Part shown: positions 51,323 through 61,204 of the stretch, piece by piece
How the letters are laid out: each line of letters begins with the position of its first letter
How positions within the stretch are numbered: the stretch's first letter is position 1
Source: an uncultured Gemmatimonadales bacterium
GTDB lineage: Bacteria > Gemmatimonadota > Gemmatimonadetes > Gemmatimonadales > Gemmatimonadaceae
Reading direction: 5' to 3'
Assembly: GCA_963707505.1 (NCBI GenBank)
Contig: CAVPQB010000003.1
Coordinates: 672,001-736,000, forward strand
Length of the DNA: 64,000 nucleotides
Program-made: the position numbers and the translations under genes
The notes under the pieces: generated by a model
Told to the model about the DNA's origin: nothing
What the model saw: only the letters and a program-made list of their open reading frames with translations
Databases searched by the model: none

Positions 51323-52621
51323 TCAGCTGTACAGCTTTTCCTCATCCATGAAGCGCGCGAAGGCTTTCGGATCCTGGGAGGCCTGACTGATTCTCTCGAC
51401 TCCTTCCTTCAACCGTCCGAGGCTTGTCGCGATGGAGAGACGCAGAAAATGCTGGCCATCCGCGCCGATCTTTCCGAAGGAGTTACGATCCATCGTCGCC
51501 ACGCCGTAGCTGTACAACAAATACATCTGCAACATCGCCGATGGCGCTGTGCGAGCCCGCCGCTCGGCGGGAAGAGCCTCGTGCGCGTCGATGATTCCAA
51601 GCTGCTCGCACAGTCCAGCAACGTTGGGGAAGACGTAGAATGCGCCCTTCGGATTCTGGCACCGCATTCCGGGCATCGCGTTGAGCGCCGGAACGATCCA
51701 GTCGCGACGTTCCTGAAACGCAGCGACCATCTTCGCGATTCCAGGCGCTGACTCCGGGCTCGTCAACGCAACTCGCCCCGCTTCCTGAATGAACGGCGGA
51801 ATGCAGGAGACCGTATTGATCGTCAGCTGCTTGAAGATCGCAGCTTCGGCGGCGGTCGGAAGAACGGTGTAGCCGAGTCGCCAACCCGTCATTGCGAATC
51901 CCTTGGAATGCCCGGAGGAGATGATGGTGCGATCTTCCATCCCGTCTTCCACCGCGATGCTGTGGTGCGTCGCTCCGTCGAAGATGCACTGCTCGTAGAT
52001 CTCATCCGAATACACGCGAACGTCGCGCGGCGCGCGCTCACGAATCACGCGCGCAATGGATTCCAGCTCATCCTTCGAGAGCACACCGCCAGTTGGATTG
52101 GACGGTGAGCACAGGAAAATCACGCGCGTGCGTGGTGTGATGAGCGCGGCCAGATCATCCGGCGTGAACGTGAATCCGGACTCCTCGCGCAGATGCAGTG
52201 GTACCGGCTTCGCTCCAGCGTAGGTGATCCACGATTCGTAAATCGGATAGCCCGGACTCGGATATATCACCTCGTCGCCCGGGTTCACGTACGATTGAAT
52301 GGCGAAGCTGATGCCTGGCTTGCCTCCCGTCGTAACGACGACACGATCCGGCGTCACGTGCAGGCCACGCGTCTCCAGCAGGTGACCGCAGATCGCCTCA
52401 CGCAGACCGATCGTCCCCTGCGGATCGCAGTAATGCGAGTTGCCACGCCTGATCTCGGCGATAGCCGCCTCGTTGATGTGAGCCGCACTGTCGAAATCAG
52501 GCTCACCGATGTTGAGCTTGACAACATCGATGCCACGTCCGGCGACTTTGGCGATGTCCGCGCCGACGCTGAAGGCGTTCTCGGTGCCAAGCGTCGCAAT
52601 CCGATCAGCGAAATGTGTCAT
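51323..52621 (-). CDS. PLP-dependent aminotransferase class I/II
   Basis: IGEPDF, PSNPTG, SDEIY, SKGFAMTGWRLG. Confidence 0.92.
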   Translation of the reverse strand: MTHFADRIATLGTENAFSVGADIAKVAGRGIDVVKLNIGEPDFDSAAHINEAAIAEIRRGNSHYCDPQGTIGLREAICGHLLETRGLHVTPDRVVVTTGGKPGISFAIQSYVNPGDEVIYPSPGYPIYESWITYAGAKPVPLHLREESGFTFTPDDLAALITPRTRVIFLCSPSNPTGGVLSKDELESIARVIRERAPRDVRVYSDEIYEQCIFDGATHHSIAVEDGMEDRTIISSGHSKGFAMTGWRLGYTVLPTAAEAAIFKQLTINTVSCIPPFIQEAGRVALTSPESAPGIAKMVAAFQERRDWIVPALNAMPGMRCQNPKGAFYVFPNVAGLCEQLGIIDAHEALPAERRARTAPSAMLQMYLLYSYGVATMDRNSFGKIGADGQHFLRLSIATSLGRLKEGVERISQASQDPKAFARFMDEEKLYS

Positions 52622-52695
52622 TGCAATGGTTGCATGGACGTTGAGCGCACCGGAGCGCGCTCAACAGGGTGGATCAATGTCATCAAATGACTTCC

Positions 52696-53274
52696 TCAGC
52701 TTGCAGCGAGCGTCGAATCGATCGATCTCAGGTCATCGAGCGTGGCGCGGCCGTAGAAAATCTCGATGTACTTGGACTGCGCCGGCGTAAGACGACGCAC
52801 CGCCCATGCCAACTGAACAAAATGCGGCTCGAACGGCGCGGAAAGCGGATGCATTCCGATCTCGCTCGGCAGGTGATTCGCCTTGCGCGTATTGCATGGG
52901 CTGCACGCGGTGACGACGTTGGTCCAAACGTTGAGACCGCCGCGCGACAGCGGGATCAGATGATCGCGCGTGAGTGACTCGCGCCCCTTGAGTACGGATT
53001 GCTTACGGCCGCAGAACTGACACGTGTAGCGATCGCGCGCGAAAAGGAACGTGTTCGTCACCTGGCGGCGGAACTTGCGCGGCACGTGGATGAAGCGCGT
53101 GAGGCGGATGACCGCGGGGTGCGGAATCGAGAGGCGTTCGGATCGGATCAGCTTGTCCGCATCCGTCTCCACAATCTCCGCCTTCCCATCGAGCAGGAGT
53201 CGGAGCGCACGACGTACCGGAACCATCGTCAGAGGTTCGAACGAAGCGTTGAGAGCAAGACAGCCGGCGCTCAT
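52696..53274 (-). CDS. HNH endonuclease
   Basis: LNASFEPL, RDRYTCQFCG, DHLIPLSRGG, NVVTACSPCN. Confidence 0.9.
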   Translation of the reverse strand: MSAGCLALNASFEPLTMVPVRRALRLLLDGKAEIVETDADKLIRSERLSIPHPAVIRLTRFIHVPRKFRRQVTNTFLFARDRYTCQFCGRKQSVLKGRESLTRDHLIPLSRGGLNVWTNVVTACSPCNTRKANHLPSEIGMHPLSAPFEPHFVQLAWAVRRLTPAQSKYIEIFYGRATLDDLRSIDSTLAAS

Positions 53275-53311
53275 AATCTCCCTGTCGCGGTTAGCGACAA
53301 CCCACGTTGCT

Positions 53312-53345
53312 GCGCGGGGCGAGGACGTACATCCTCGCCCCGCGC
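53312..53345. terminator. GC-rich hairpin downstream of ilvE
   Basis: gcgcggggcgagga/tcctcgccccgcgc 14-bp stem, no U-tract. Confidence 0.45.
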
Positions 53346-53355
53346 GAATTCATGG

Positions 53356-54285
53356 TCAGGCCGTAACTCTACTCTCCACGCGAGTGAGCCAGCCGTACCT
53401 GTCGGGCATCTTGCCAGTCGCAATGCCCATGTAAACTTCCTGAATCGCGAGCGTTATCGGACCCGGTTTGCCAGTCCCGACCTCCTGCTTGTCCACCGAC
53501 CTGATCGGAGTCAGCTCTGCCGCGGTGCCGCTGAAGAAAGCTTCATCCGAGATGTACAACATCTCGCGCGGAATACTCTGTTCCGAGACAGCGTAGCCCA
53601 GGTCCTTTGCGATCCGGATCACGCAGTCGCGCGTGATTCCGTTCAGGATCGACGACGAGATGGTCGACGTGTAGAGCGTTCCGTCACGCACGATGAACAG
53701 ATTCTCGCCACTGCCCTCGGCCACGAATCCAAAGGAGTCAAGCATTATTCCTTCGATGTAACCGTTGCCGCGTGCTTCTATCTTGGAAAGCTGCGAGTTG
53801 AGATAATTGCCGCCTGCCTTCGCGAGCGTCGGCATCGTGTCCGGAGCCGGACGACGCCAACTCGACACACAAACGTCAACGCCAGCTTCCAGCGCTTCGT
53901 GACCGAGATAGCGTCCCCAGATCCAGGGGATGATGAACGTCTCGACCGGTGCCTTGAACGGCAGGACACCCATCTCCTCGCCAGTACGTAACGCTACCGG
54001 GCGGAGGTAACAGGCCTCCAATTCGTTCTCTGACACGACATCACCGCACGCACCCACCAGGTCGGCGAGCGAATGCTTCATAGGCATGCGATAGATACGG
54101 CACGAGTCGAGGAACCGGCGCATGTGATCCTGCAGCCGGAAGATCGCAGGCCCGTCGGGCGTGTTGTAGCAGCGGATCCCCTCGAATACCGAGGAGCCGT
54201 AATGGACGACATGGCTCATGACGTGGATCGTCGCATCCTGCCAGTCGACGAAGGTCCCGTCTCGCCAGATTTTGTGCGTGCTCAT
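53356..54285 (-). CDS. ilvE: Branched-chain amino acid aminotransferase
   Basis: HYGSSVFEGIR, AKAGGNY, EGSGENLF, GITR, GTAAE. Confidence 0.95.
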   Translation of the reverse strand: MSTHKIWRDGTFVDWQDATIHVMSHVVHYGSSVFEGIRCYNTPDGPAIFRLQDHMRRFLDSCRIYRMPMKHSLADLVGACGDVVSENELEACYLRPVALRTGEEMGVLPFKAPVETFIIPWIWGRYLGHEALEAGVDVCVSSWRRPAPDTMPTLAKAGGNYLNSQLSKIEARGNGYIEGIMLDSFGFVAEGSGENLFIVRDGTLYTSTISSSILNGITRDCVIRIAKDLGYAVSEQSIPREMLYISDEAFFSGTAAELTPIRSVDKQEVGTGKPGPITLAIQEVYMGIATGKMPDRYGWLTRVESRVTA

Positions 54286-54288
54286 GAC

Positions 54289-55671
54289 CTAAACTAAGGG
54301 ATTGGAGCGCTTTGCCGCGAGGGGTTCGCCGGTCAGTTGCTCGCTCCGCCAGGTGTGGAGAGCATGTCCGGAGGCGGCGACCCGCCCGTGTAGTGCGCCC
54401 GGCTGCATCATAAGCTCTCCCCGTTCGACCAGATGACGACCCGCGACCACGACCAGATACGCCCGGCTCCCGCCCATCGCGAAGACGAGTGCAGCCTCCG
54501 GATCTCGGCACGGTTTGGCGCGTGACGTATCAAGGCGAAATGCCGCCAGATCGGCGCGCTTGCCGAGCTCCAGCGAGCCAGTGATGTGAGCGGTCCCCAG
54601 CGCCCGGGCCCCACCTATGGTCGCGAGGCCGACCGCCCGTGCCGCCCCGAGCGCACGTGGCGACCGGGCCCGCAGGTTTGCAGAAAGCACCGCCATCCGT
54701 GCCTCGTCCAGGATGTCCATGCGATTATTGCTGGCAACCGAATCCGATCCAAGACCGACATCGATCCCTGCCGCCAGGAACGCATCCAGCGGCGCAATGC
54801 CATGTCCAAATTTCGCATTGGACGTCGGGCAGTGCGCGATACACGCGCGATTTCGAACAATTGTTCGAATATCGGTCGAATCCACATTCACGGCGTGAAT
54901 CAGCAGCGATCCCGGCGGAAGCGCGTCCAGATCCGCCAGAAGTGCGATGGGCGACCGGGCGCGTGGCTGTACCGGGATTCCACGCCTCGCATGCCACTTC
55001 GCAAAGATCCCCGATCCTCGACACACGAGGGCCTGCTCCGCGTCGCTTTCAGCGATGTGCATCGCGATCGGGAGTGAATTCGCCACCGCATATCGTGCGA
55101 CGGCGCGATAGAGATCGTCAGATACTGTGTACGGTGCGTGCGGCGACACGCCGATACGCACGAGATCTGTCTGGTCCGCGCGCAATGCGGTCACGCGCCG
55201 ATCGAGATCTGCCATCGCCTCATTGCATGTCGCGGGATCGGGACCGAAGACTTCCTGATACATGATCCCGCGTACACCGCACTCGCGCATCGCGCGCGCC
55301 GTGACGCCGCTCGCGCTCGTATCCGCAAATGTCGTCACCCCGTGCTCTACGCCTTCCAGCACGCCGAGGCGCGCGGAGTCCAGGAGCGCTTCATCGTCGA
55401 GCACTGCTGCGCGCGATCGGCGCAGCGTGTCGATCCAATCCTCGAACGCCAGATCTTCGAGAAAGCCCCGCATCGCTGTCAGCTCGAGATGCGTGTGGGC
55501 GTTGACGAGGCCCGGAAGCAGTACCGAATCGCCGAGGTCGAAATCATCGCCCGACGGTGCCTCGGAGTCTCTTCCGACGAATCGAATGACGCCATCCTCA
55601 CACGCCACAACGCCGTCCTCGATCGGCGGCGCGGTTATCGGCAGGACCCAGCGCGCACGATAACGAATCAA
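54289..55671 (-). CDS. Amidohydrolase (MtaD/deaminase-like)
   Basis: PGLVNAHTH, SPHAPY, HIAES, HCPTSN, GSDS; TTG start inferred. Confidence 0.85.
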   Translation of the reverse strand: MIRYRARWVLPITAPPIEDGVVACEDGVIRFVGRDSEAPSGDDFDLGDSVLLPGLVNAHTHLELTAMRGFLEDLAFEDWIDTLRRSRAAVLDDEALLDSARLGVLEGVEHGVTTFADTSASGVTARAMRECGVRGIMYQEVFGPDPATCNEAMADLDRRVTALRADQTDLVRIGVSPHAPYTVSDDLYRAVARYAVANSLPIAMHIAESDAEQALVCRGSGIFAKWHARRGIPVQPRARSPIALLADLDALPPGSLLIHAVNVDSTDIRTIVRNRACIAHCPTSNAKFGHGIAPLDAFLAAGIDVGLGSDSVASNNRMDILDEARMAVLSANLRARSPRALGAARAVGLATIGGARALGTAHITGSLELGKRADLAAFRLDTSRAKPCRDPEAALVFAMGGSRAYLVVVAGRHLVERGELMMQPGALHGRVAASGHALHTWRSEQLTGEPLAAKRSNPLV

Positions 55672-55681
55672 CAGCGCACCA

Positions 55682-58006
55682 TCAGCGGTGATGCATCGTG
55701 TCGCGTACCTGCGGTGGAACTGGACGCGGTGGCATGCGAACAGGCGCGACCGGACGCTGCGCCGGAGTGTACGACACAACAGGTCGCGGCATTCCAGCAG
55801 GGGCAGCCCCTGCGTACGGCGCCGCGGGAGCCTGCGCCCCCGGAGCCTGCGCCGCTGGAGCCTGCGCCGCTGGAACTGGTGCGCCTGTGGCTGGCGTTCC
55901 CGGAGGAGGAAGCGTGTATGGCGAGCACTCGTTCACGGGCTCGGTACCCGGCAAGTAGAACTCTGTGACGGCCGAGTCACCGCAATACGGCGTCCACAGG
56001 AATCCGGTGTGCGGATCGATCTCGCGCGTGGTTATGTCTGCCGGCATCGGCCAGTCGGGGGGAGTGGGCTTGCGACTGTAAACTTCGGTCATGAACGACG
56101 TCCATGCCGGCGCGGCGAGGATGCCGCCCTGAGCGTTGGATTTGATCGTTTGCGGATGATCGAACCCCATCCACACTCCCGCAACGAGGTCCGCCGTATA
56201 ACCGACGAACCACACGTTGGTGCCATCATTGGTGGTGCCGGTCTTGCCGCCTGCGGGAATGTGAAAGCCTGCGTCCCACACCGAGTTGTACGCGGTACCG
56301 CGCTGAACCACGTCCTTCATCATGCTCACCATGAGCCACGCTTCTTCGGGCGACATCACCTGAGTACGCGGTGCTGTCGGTTGCCAGATCACCTGATGGT
56401 GCGAGTTCTCGACACGCAGAATCCCGGTCGGCTGAGCGCGCACGCCGAGGGTCGCGAATGCGGTGTATGCACCGATCAACTGAAGCGGAATCACATCCGC
56501 CGAGCCGATGTATATGGACGGATACGGCGGGATCGGCGTCGTGATGCCAAAATTGCGTGCTTCGTTGATTACAGCTTGCGGTCCGAGCTCCATGCCTGTC
56601 TTGACGGCTATGATGTTGCGGGATTGATACAACCCGCGCCGCATCGTCATCGGGCCCTCGAACTTGAGATCGTAATTCTGGGGCTCCCACGTCGTTCCAT
56701 CCGCCTGCGGCACGGAGACTGGTGAGTCGTCTATGATGTACGACGTTGGTTTTCCAGCCTGGATGGCAGCCGCGTAAACGATCGGCTTGAAGGTCGAGCC
56801 GGGTTGCCGCAGAGCCTGCGTGGCGCGATTGAATTTTGAGTCGTAAAAGTCGCGTCCGCCGATCATCGCGCGCACGCCGCCGGTACGTGGATCGAGCGCG
56901 ATGAATGCACCTTGCAGATATGGCGAGACGCCGGTCCCCGATTCTCCGGTGGACAGCTTGGCGATGTACGACTCGTAGCTCGGATGCTTGTACGTGCCGA
57001 ACTTCCCGCCCTCGACCGCGCGAAGCTGTCTCTCCAGCGCGCGCTCGGCTGCCGTCTGCATGTCGAGATCGAGCGTGGTGTAAACGTTGAGACCCTGAGT
57101 GTACAACTGGTTGCCGAACTGCTGGTCCAGTTGCTGCCGAACCCATTCGACGAAGTACGGCGCGGTCTCGCCCGACTCGACCTTGGTTGCGAGGCGTAAC
57201 GGATACGCCTTGGCAAGACTTGCATCCGCGTCGGAGATGGCGCCGTTCTCGCGCATCAGCTCGATGATCGTGTTGCGTCGCTGAATCGCGCGATCGGGAT
57301 ACCGGCGCGGGTTGTAGCGCTCGGGCGCTTTGGGCAGAGCGGCGAGCGTTGCCGCTTCGGCGATGTTGAGATCGCGCACCGATTTCCCGAAGTACCGCTG
57401 CGATGCCGTCTCGACTCCGTACGCACCGTTGCCGAGGTTGATCTGGTTGAGATACAGCTCGAGAATCTTCTGCTTGCTGTACTTGGATTCGATCTCGCGC
57501 GCGACCTTGGCTTCCTTGATCTTGCGAATGATCGTCTTGTCACGCGAGATGCGCTCGGGAAAGATGTTCCGCGCGAGCTGCATGGTGATCGTCGAGAAGC
57601 CCTGCGCGTAGCGGCCGCTCCGAACGTTGTTGACGAGCGCTCCGACGGCGCGATACCAGTCGATCCCGGAATGTTCGTAAAAGCGTTTGTCTTCGGTGAC
57701 GACGAAGGCGTCCTGCACGATCTTGGGGATGTCGCTCAGCTTCACCAAGGTGCGGCGCTCGGTGCCGAGCTCAGCGATGAAACGCCCATCGACGGCGTAG
57801 AGCTTGGATGTCTGCTTGGGTGTGTACTGTTCCAACGCCTGGATCGATGGACAGCGATCGCCCTGACAGACGAGCAGCCAGGCACTGTATACGAGCCCGA
57901 CGCCAAACGTCACCAGCAGGATCGTGGTGACGAGGAAAATTCGAAAAGCAGTGGGGTGGCGCTTCCAGATCGGAAGCGTCCGGGACTTCTTGATTCTACC
58001 AGCCAT
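55682..58006 (-). CDS. Class A penicillin-binding protein (PBP1A family)
   Basis: EDKRFYEH, STITMQLARN, YLNQI, GSTFKP, SRN, GKTGT; Pro/Ala-rich repetitive tail. Confidence 0.93.
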   Translation of the reverse strand: MAGRIKKSRTLPIWKRHPTAFRIFLVTTILLVTFGVGLVYSAWLLVCQGDRCPSIQALEQYTPKQTSKLYAVDGRFIAELGTERRTLVKLSDIPKIVQDAFVVTEDKRFYEHSGIDWYRAVGALVNNVRSGRYAQGFSTITMQLARNIFPERISRDKTIIRKIKEAKVAREIESKYSKQKILELYLNQINLGNGAYGVETASQRYFGKSVRDLNIAEAATLAALPKAPERYNPRRYPDRAIQRRNTIIELMRENGAISDADASLAKAYPLRLATKVESGETAPYFVEWVRQQLDQQFGNQLYTQGLNVYTTLDLDMQTAAERALERQLRAVEGGKFGTYKHPSYESYIAKLSTGESGTGVSPYLQGAFIALDPRTGGVRAMIGGRDFYDSKFNRATQALRQPGSTFKPIVYAAAIQAGKPTSYIIDDSPVSVPQADGTTWEPQNYDLKFEGPMTMRRGLYQSRNIIAVKTGMELGPQAVINEARNFGITTPIPPYPSIYIGSADVIPLQLIGAYTAFATLGVRAQPTGILRVENSHHQVIWQPTAPRTQVMSPEEAWLMVSMMKDVVQRGTAYNSVWDAGFHIPAGGKTGTTNDGTNVWFVGYTADLVAGVWMGFDHPQTIKSNAQGGILAAPAWTSFMTEVYSRKPTPPDWPMPADITTREIDPHTGFLWTPYCGDSAVTEFYLPGTEPVNECSPYTLPPPGTPATGAPVPAAQAPAAQAPGAQAPAAPYAGAAPAGMPRPVVSYTPAQRPVAPVRMPPRPVPPQVRDTMHHR

Positions 58007-58159
58007 GGGATGAATTTAAGGCGCGGAGCTGACCTCGCCGGCGCCACTACTGACATCGACCGCAGCCGACCCGCATCCATGAGACGGACACTGGCGCGGC
58101 ACAGCGGACTGCCTGAGACAAGGCACAAACAAGGGGACGGACTGTCTATATTACCCGCG

Positions 58160-59422
58160 ATGTCTGAATCTGATTTTCTGGGCGAGCTGGCATGGCGTGG
58201 CATGCTGCAACAGCACACTGACGGCGCCGGAACGATGCTGGCGGCCGGTGCCGTCTCCGGCTATGCCGGCTTCGACCCAACCGCTCCATCGCTGCATGTC
58301 GGCAGCCTTGTTCCGATAATGGGATTGGTCCACCTGCAGCGTCAGGGCCACCGTCCGTATGCGCTGGTCGGCGGAGGGACCGGCATGATCGGAGATCCGA
58401 GCGGCAAGACTGCCGAGCGTATGCTTCAAACCATCGATCAGGTGATGGCCAACACCGAGTCGATAGGTGCGCAGCTCTCGCGCTTCCTCGATTTCTCCGG
58501 ACCACGTGCCGCTGTCCTTCGCAACAACGCTGACTGGCTGCTCGGCATGGGCGCCGTCGAGTTCATGCGCGACGTCGGCAAGCATCTCACGGTCAACTAC
58601 ATGATCGCGAAGGATTCGGTGAAGTCACGCATGGACGCGGGGATTTCGTACACTGAATTCTCGTACATGCTGTTGCAGGCGTATGACTTCGTGGCGCTGC
58701 GCCGTCGCGACGGAGTCTCGCTCCAGGTGGGCGGAAGCGACCAGTGGGGCAACATGACCGCCGGAGTCGAGTTGATTCGCCGCATGGACGGCGCCGAAGC
58801 GCACGCGGTTACCTTCCCGCTACTCACAACCGCCTCCGGAGCGAAGTTCGGAAAGACCGAAGCGGGGGCGGTGTGGCTCGATGCGGATCGCACGTCACCG
58901 TATCAGTTCTTCCAGTTCTGGATCAACACGGACGACCGGGACGTCGGCAAGTACTTGCGATTGATGACGCTGTTTGATCGGCAGACGGTCGAGGCGTTCG
59001 AGCGCGATGTCATTGAGCATCCGGAACGGCGCGAAGCTCAGAACGCCCTCGCGTTCGAGATCACCGCGCGAGTTCACGGCGATGAAGCAGCATCTGTGGC
59101 GCGTGAAGTATCGCGTGTGCTGTTCGGTCGGGGCGAGGTGTCGGATCTTTCGCCGGCCGCGCTTGCCGCGCTCGGGAAGGAAGTTCCGGGTGCCACCGTC
59201 TCGCGCGGTGAGCAGCTTTCGCTCACCGATCTCTTCGTCCGCGCCGGGCTCGTGAAATCAAAAGGCGAGGCGAGACGCGTGGCGGATCAGGGCGGTGCAT
59301 ACGTGAACGGCGAGCGCGCCGCGAGCGGATTGACGCTGAGCGAGATAACTCCGCTCGCGGGATCGTACATATTGCTGCGGAAAGGCGCGCGGGACTACGC
59401 GATGATTCAAGTCACCGGATAG
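58160..59422 (+). CDS. tyrS: Tyrosine--tRNA ligase
   Basis: GFDPTAPSLHVG, GGSDQWGN, KFGKT, C-terminal S4. Confidence 0.96.
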   Translation: MSESDFLGELAWRGMLQQHTDGAGTMLAAGAVSGYAGFDPTAPSLHVGSLVPIMGLVHLQRQGHRPYALVGGGTGMIGDPSGKTAERMLQTIDQVMANTESIGAQLSRFLDFSGPRAAVLRNNADWLLGMGAVEFMRDVGKHLTVNYMIAKDSVKSRMDAGISYTEFSYMLLQAYDFVALRRRDGVSLQVGGSDQWGNMTAGVELIRRMDGAEAHAVTFPLLTTASGAKFGKTEAGAVWLDADRTSPYQFFQFWINTDDRDVGKYLRLMTLFDRQTVEAFERDVIEHPERREAQNALAFEITARVHGDEAASVAREVSRVLFGRGEVSDLSPAALAALGKEVPGATVSRGEQLSLTDLFVRAGLVKSKGEARRVADQGGAYVNGERAASGLTLSEITPLAGSYILLRKGARDYAMIQVTG

Positions 59423-59432
59423 CTTGCGCTTC

Positions 59433-59460
59433 CGTCATCCCGCCGAAGGCTGGGATGACG
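59433..59460. repeat. REP-like hairpin (GTCAT...ATGAC family)
   Basis: cgtcatcccgccgaaggctgggatgacg between convergent genes. Confidence 0.7.
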
Positions 59461-59479
59461 ACTCTCATCACGCAACACG

Positions 59480-60151
59480 CTACATCGGCGGCACATTCGG
59501 CTCCGCGCTCGAGCCCCACAATTCCTTGAGGCGCGCATCCCGCCCGCATCCCGCCCGATACAGACCGTACTGAACCGGGTTCCGATCCGCGTAATGCTGA
59601 TGATATTCCTCAGCCTTCCAGAAAGTCGAAGCCGGCACGATCTTCGTCACCACCGGCGACTTGAACAACCCTGACTTGTCGAGCTGCGCCTTCGTCGCCT
59701 CCGCCGCCTTTCGCTGCGCGTCGTTGTGATAGAAGATCGCCGTGTGATATTCGTTGCCACGGTCGCAGAACTGACCGTCCGCTGTCACCGGGTCGATGTT
59801 GTGCCAGTAGATGTACAGCAGGCGGTCATAGGTCACCTTCGAAGGGTCGTAATGCACTTCCACCGATTCGAGGTGCCCTGTCGTTCCCGTACCGACATCC
59901 TCGTACGTTGGATTTGCTCTGGTGCCGCCGGTGTACCCCACCGTCGTGGAGATGACGCCCGCCGTGTTGTCGAATGGCCGCTCCATGCTCCAGAAACAAC
60001 CGCCCGCGAACGTTGCCGTATCGACCTCCGCCACCTGCGAGGTGTGAACAATCGGCGAATGTGTCGACGCCTTCGCCGTGACGGCGCTGCCCGCGATTGC
60101 GGCGCCGATGCCGAGCGCGACGGCGAGTGGAAGGAACCGCGATGTTAGCAT
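59480..60151 (-). CDS. msrA: Exported peptide methionine sulfoxide reductase
   Basis: Signal peptide, GGCFW, GYTGG, AEEYHQ. Confidence 0.93.
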   Translation of the reverse strand: MLTSRFLPLAVALGIGAAIAGSAVTAKASTHSPIVHTSQVAEVDTATFAGGCFWSMERPFDNTAGVISTTVGYTGGTRANPTYEDVGTGTTGHLESVEVHYDPSKVTYDRLLYIYWHNIDPVTADGQFCDRGNEYHTAIFYHNDAQRKAAEATKAQLDKSGLFKSPVVTKIVPASTFWKAEEYHQHYADRNPVQYGLYRAGCGRDARLKELWGSSAEPNVPPM

Positions 60152-60205
60152 GTTGTAAGTCAGCCCGATGGTGATGTTGCGTAAGTATATCCCCGCCCAC
60201 ATCTC

Positions 60206-60799
60206 TTATACGCCGAGAGCAGTCCAGTGGTTCTTCGATGATTCTATGCTGGTCGCGCTGGAATAGCCGGACTCGGCGCCACGCCAGGCAGCGATGTAGT
60301 CCGGAAGCTTCGGAGATGCGACACCGGGCATGAGTGCGCTCGCGACTTCAGTCGCCGGAAGGGTCCCACCCGAGCGCTTCAGAAATCTCACTCGTACGAT
60401 TCCGACCGCGACGACGCGACCGCGCACGAGGAATTGCTGGCGAATGTACAATGATTTCTCATCCCAGCCCAGCGTCCGTGTGCGAAGCTCGAAGCGCTCG
60501 AACAAGGGCAGCGATTCCCTGAACCGGATCGCCTCGGATGCAACCACGGTGTACCAGCCGCGACTCCTGAGCGCCTTCCAGACCCCGTTGCGAAGAATGG
60601 CATCGACACGGCCCAGGTCCATCAACGTGAGATAGCGGCCGTTGTTCATGTGGATGAGCACATCGACGTCGGTGGGCCACACCGTGAACGCCAATGATGT
60701 TTCCGCCAGCGGCTGCACCCGAGAGCGGCGTCGCGCCATGAAGAACACCCGTATCATTCGGAAGATGAGATTCATCGCGCGGATCTCCTCACGGTTCAA
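60206..60799 (-). CDS. Acyl-CoA thioesterase (4HBT-like)
   Basis: VWPTDVD..HMNNGRYL..MDLGR. Confidence 0.85.
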   Translation of the reverse strand: MNREEIRAMNLIFRMIRVFFMARRRSRVQPLAETSLAFTVWPTDVDVLIHMNNGRYLTLMDLGRVDAILRNGVWKALRSRGWYTVVASEAIRFRESLPLFERFELRTRTLGWDEKSLYIRQQFLVRGRVVAVGIVRVRFLKRSGGTLPATEVASALMPGVASPKLPDYIAAWRGAESGYSSATSIESSKNHWTALGV

Positions 60800-61203
60800 C
60801 TCCCTCGCTTGCGGAGGTGCTCGATCTGGCGTCGGTCTCGCTTGCTCGGTCTTCCCGCATCCTCTGCGCCAATCGCAATCTCCATACGGCGCTGCTCCAT
60901 CAGTTGCTCGCGTATCGCGCGACTCTCAGGCAGCTCATCGTAAAGCGTGGCCGCGACGGTCGCTGGCCCACGGCGATCGAATGTCGACCGTACCACGATC
61001 CGATGTTCGTACGGACCGAGCCTTACACGTACCTCGTCGCCGATCTTCAATCCCTTCGAGCGCTTGACTCGCTCACCGTTGAGATGAACCTTCCCGCCGT
61101 CGATCGCTTCAGCAGCGAGAGCTCGCGTCTTGAAGAAACGCGCTGCCCACAACCACTTGTCCAGCCGCACGACCTCGCTCGATTCACCGCTCCCGGGCTG
61201 CAT
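60796..61203 (-). CDS. hslR: Heat shock protein 15 (S4 RNA-binding)
   Basis: RLDKWLWAARFFKTR, GRPSKRDRR. Confidence 0.92.
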   Translation of the reverse strand: MQPGSGESSEVVRLDKWLWAARFFKTRALAAEAIDGGKVHLNGERVKRSKGLKIGDEVRVRLGPYEHRIVVRSTFDRRGPATVAATLYDELPESRAIREQLMEQRRMEIAIGAEDAGRPSKRDRRQIEHLRKRGS

Positions 61204-61204
61204 G

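Noticed and set aside
52696..53274. HNH nuclease as a mobile element or defence system
   Set aside because: Stand-alone among housekeeping genes; no intron, methylase or flanking repeats.
55826..55875. 15-bp tandem repeats
   Set aside because: Encode the AQAPA low-complexity tail of PBP1A.
57671..58159. N-terminal extension of TyrS (also ORF-track extensions of AAC(3), wzt, hslR)
   Set aside because: Overlaps neighbouring genes; family homology starts at the downstream Met.
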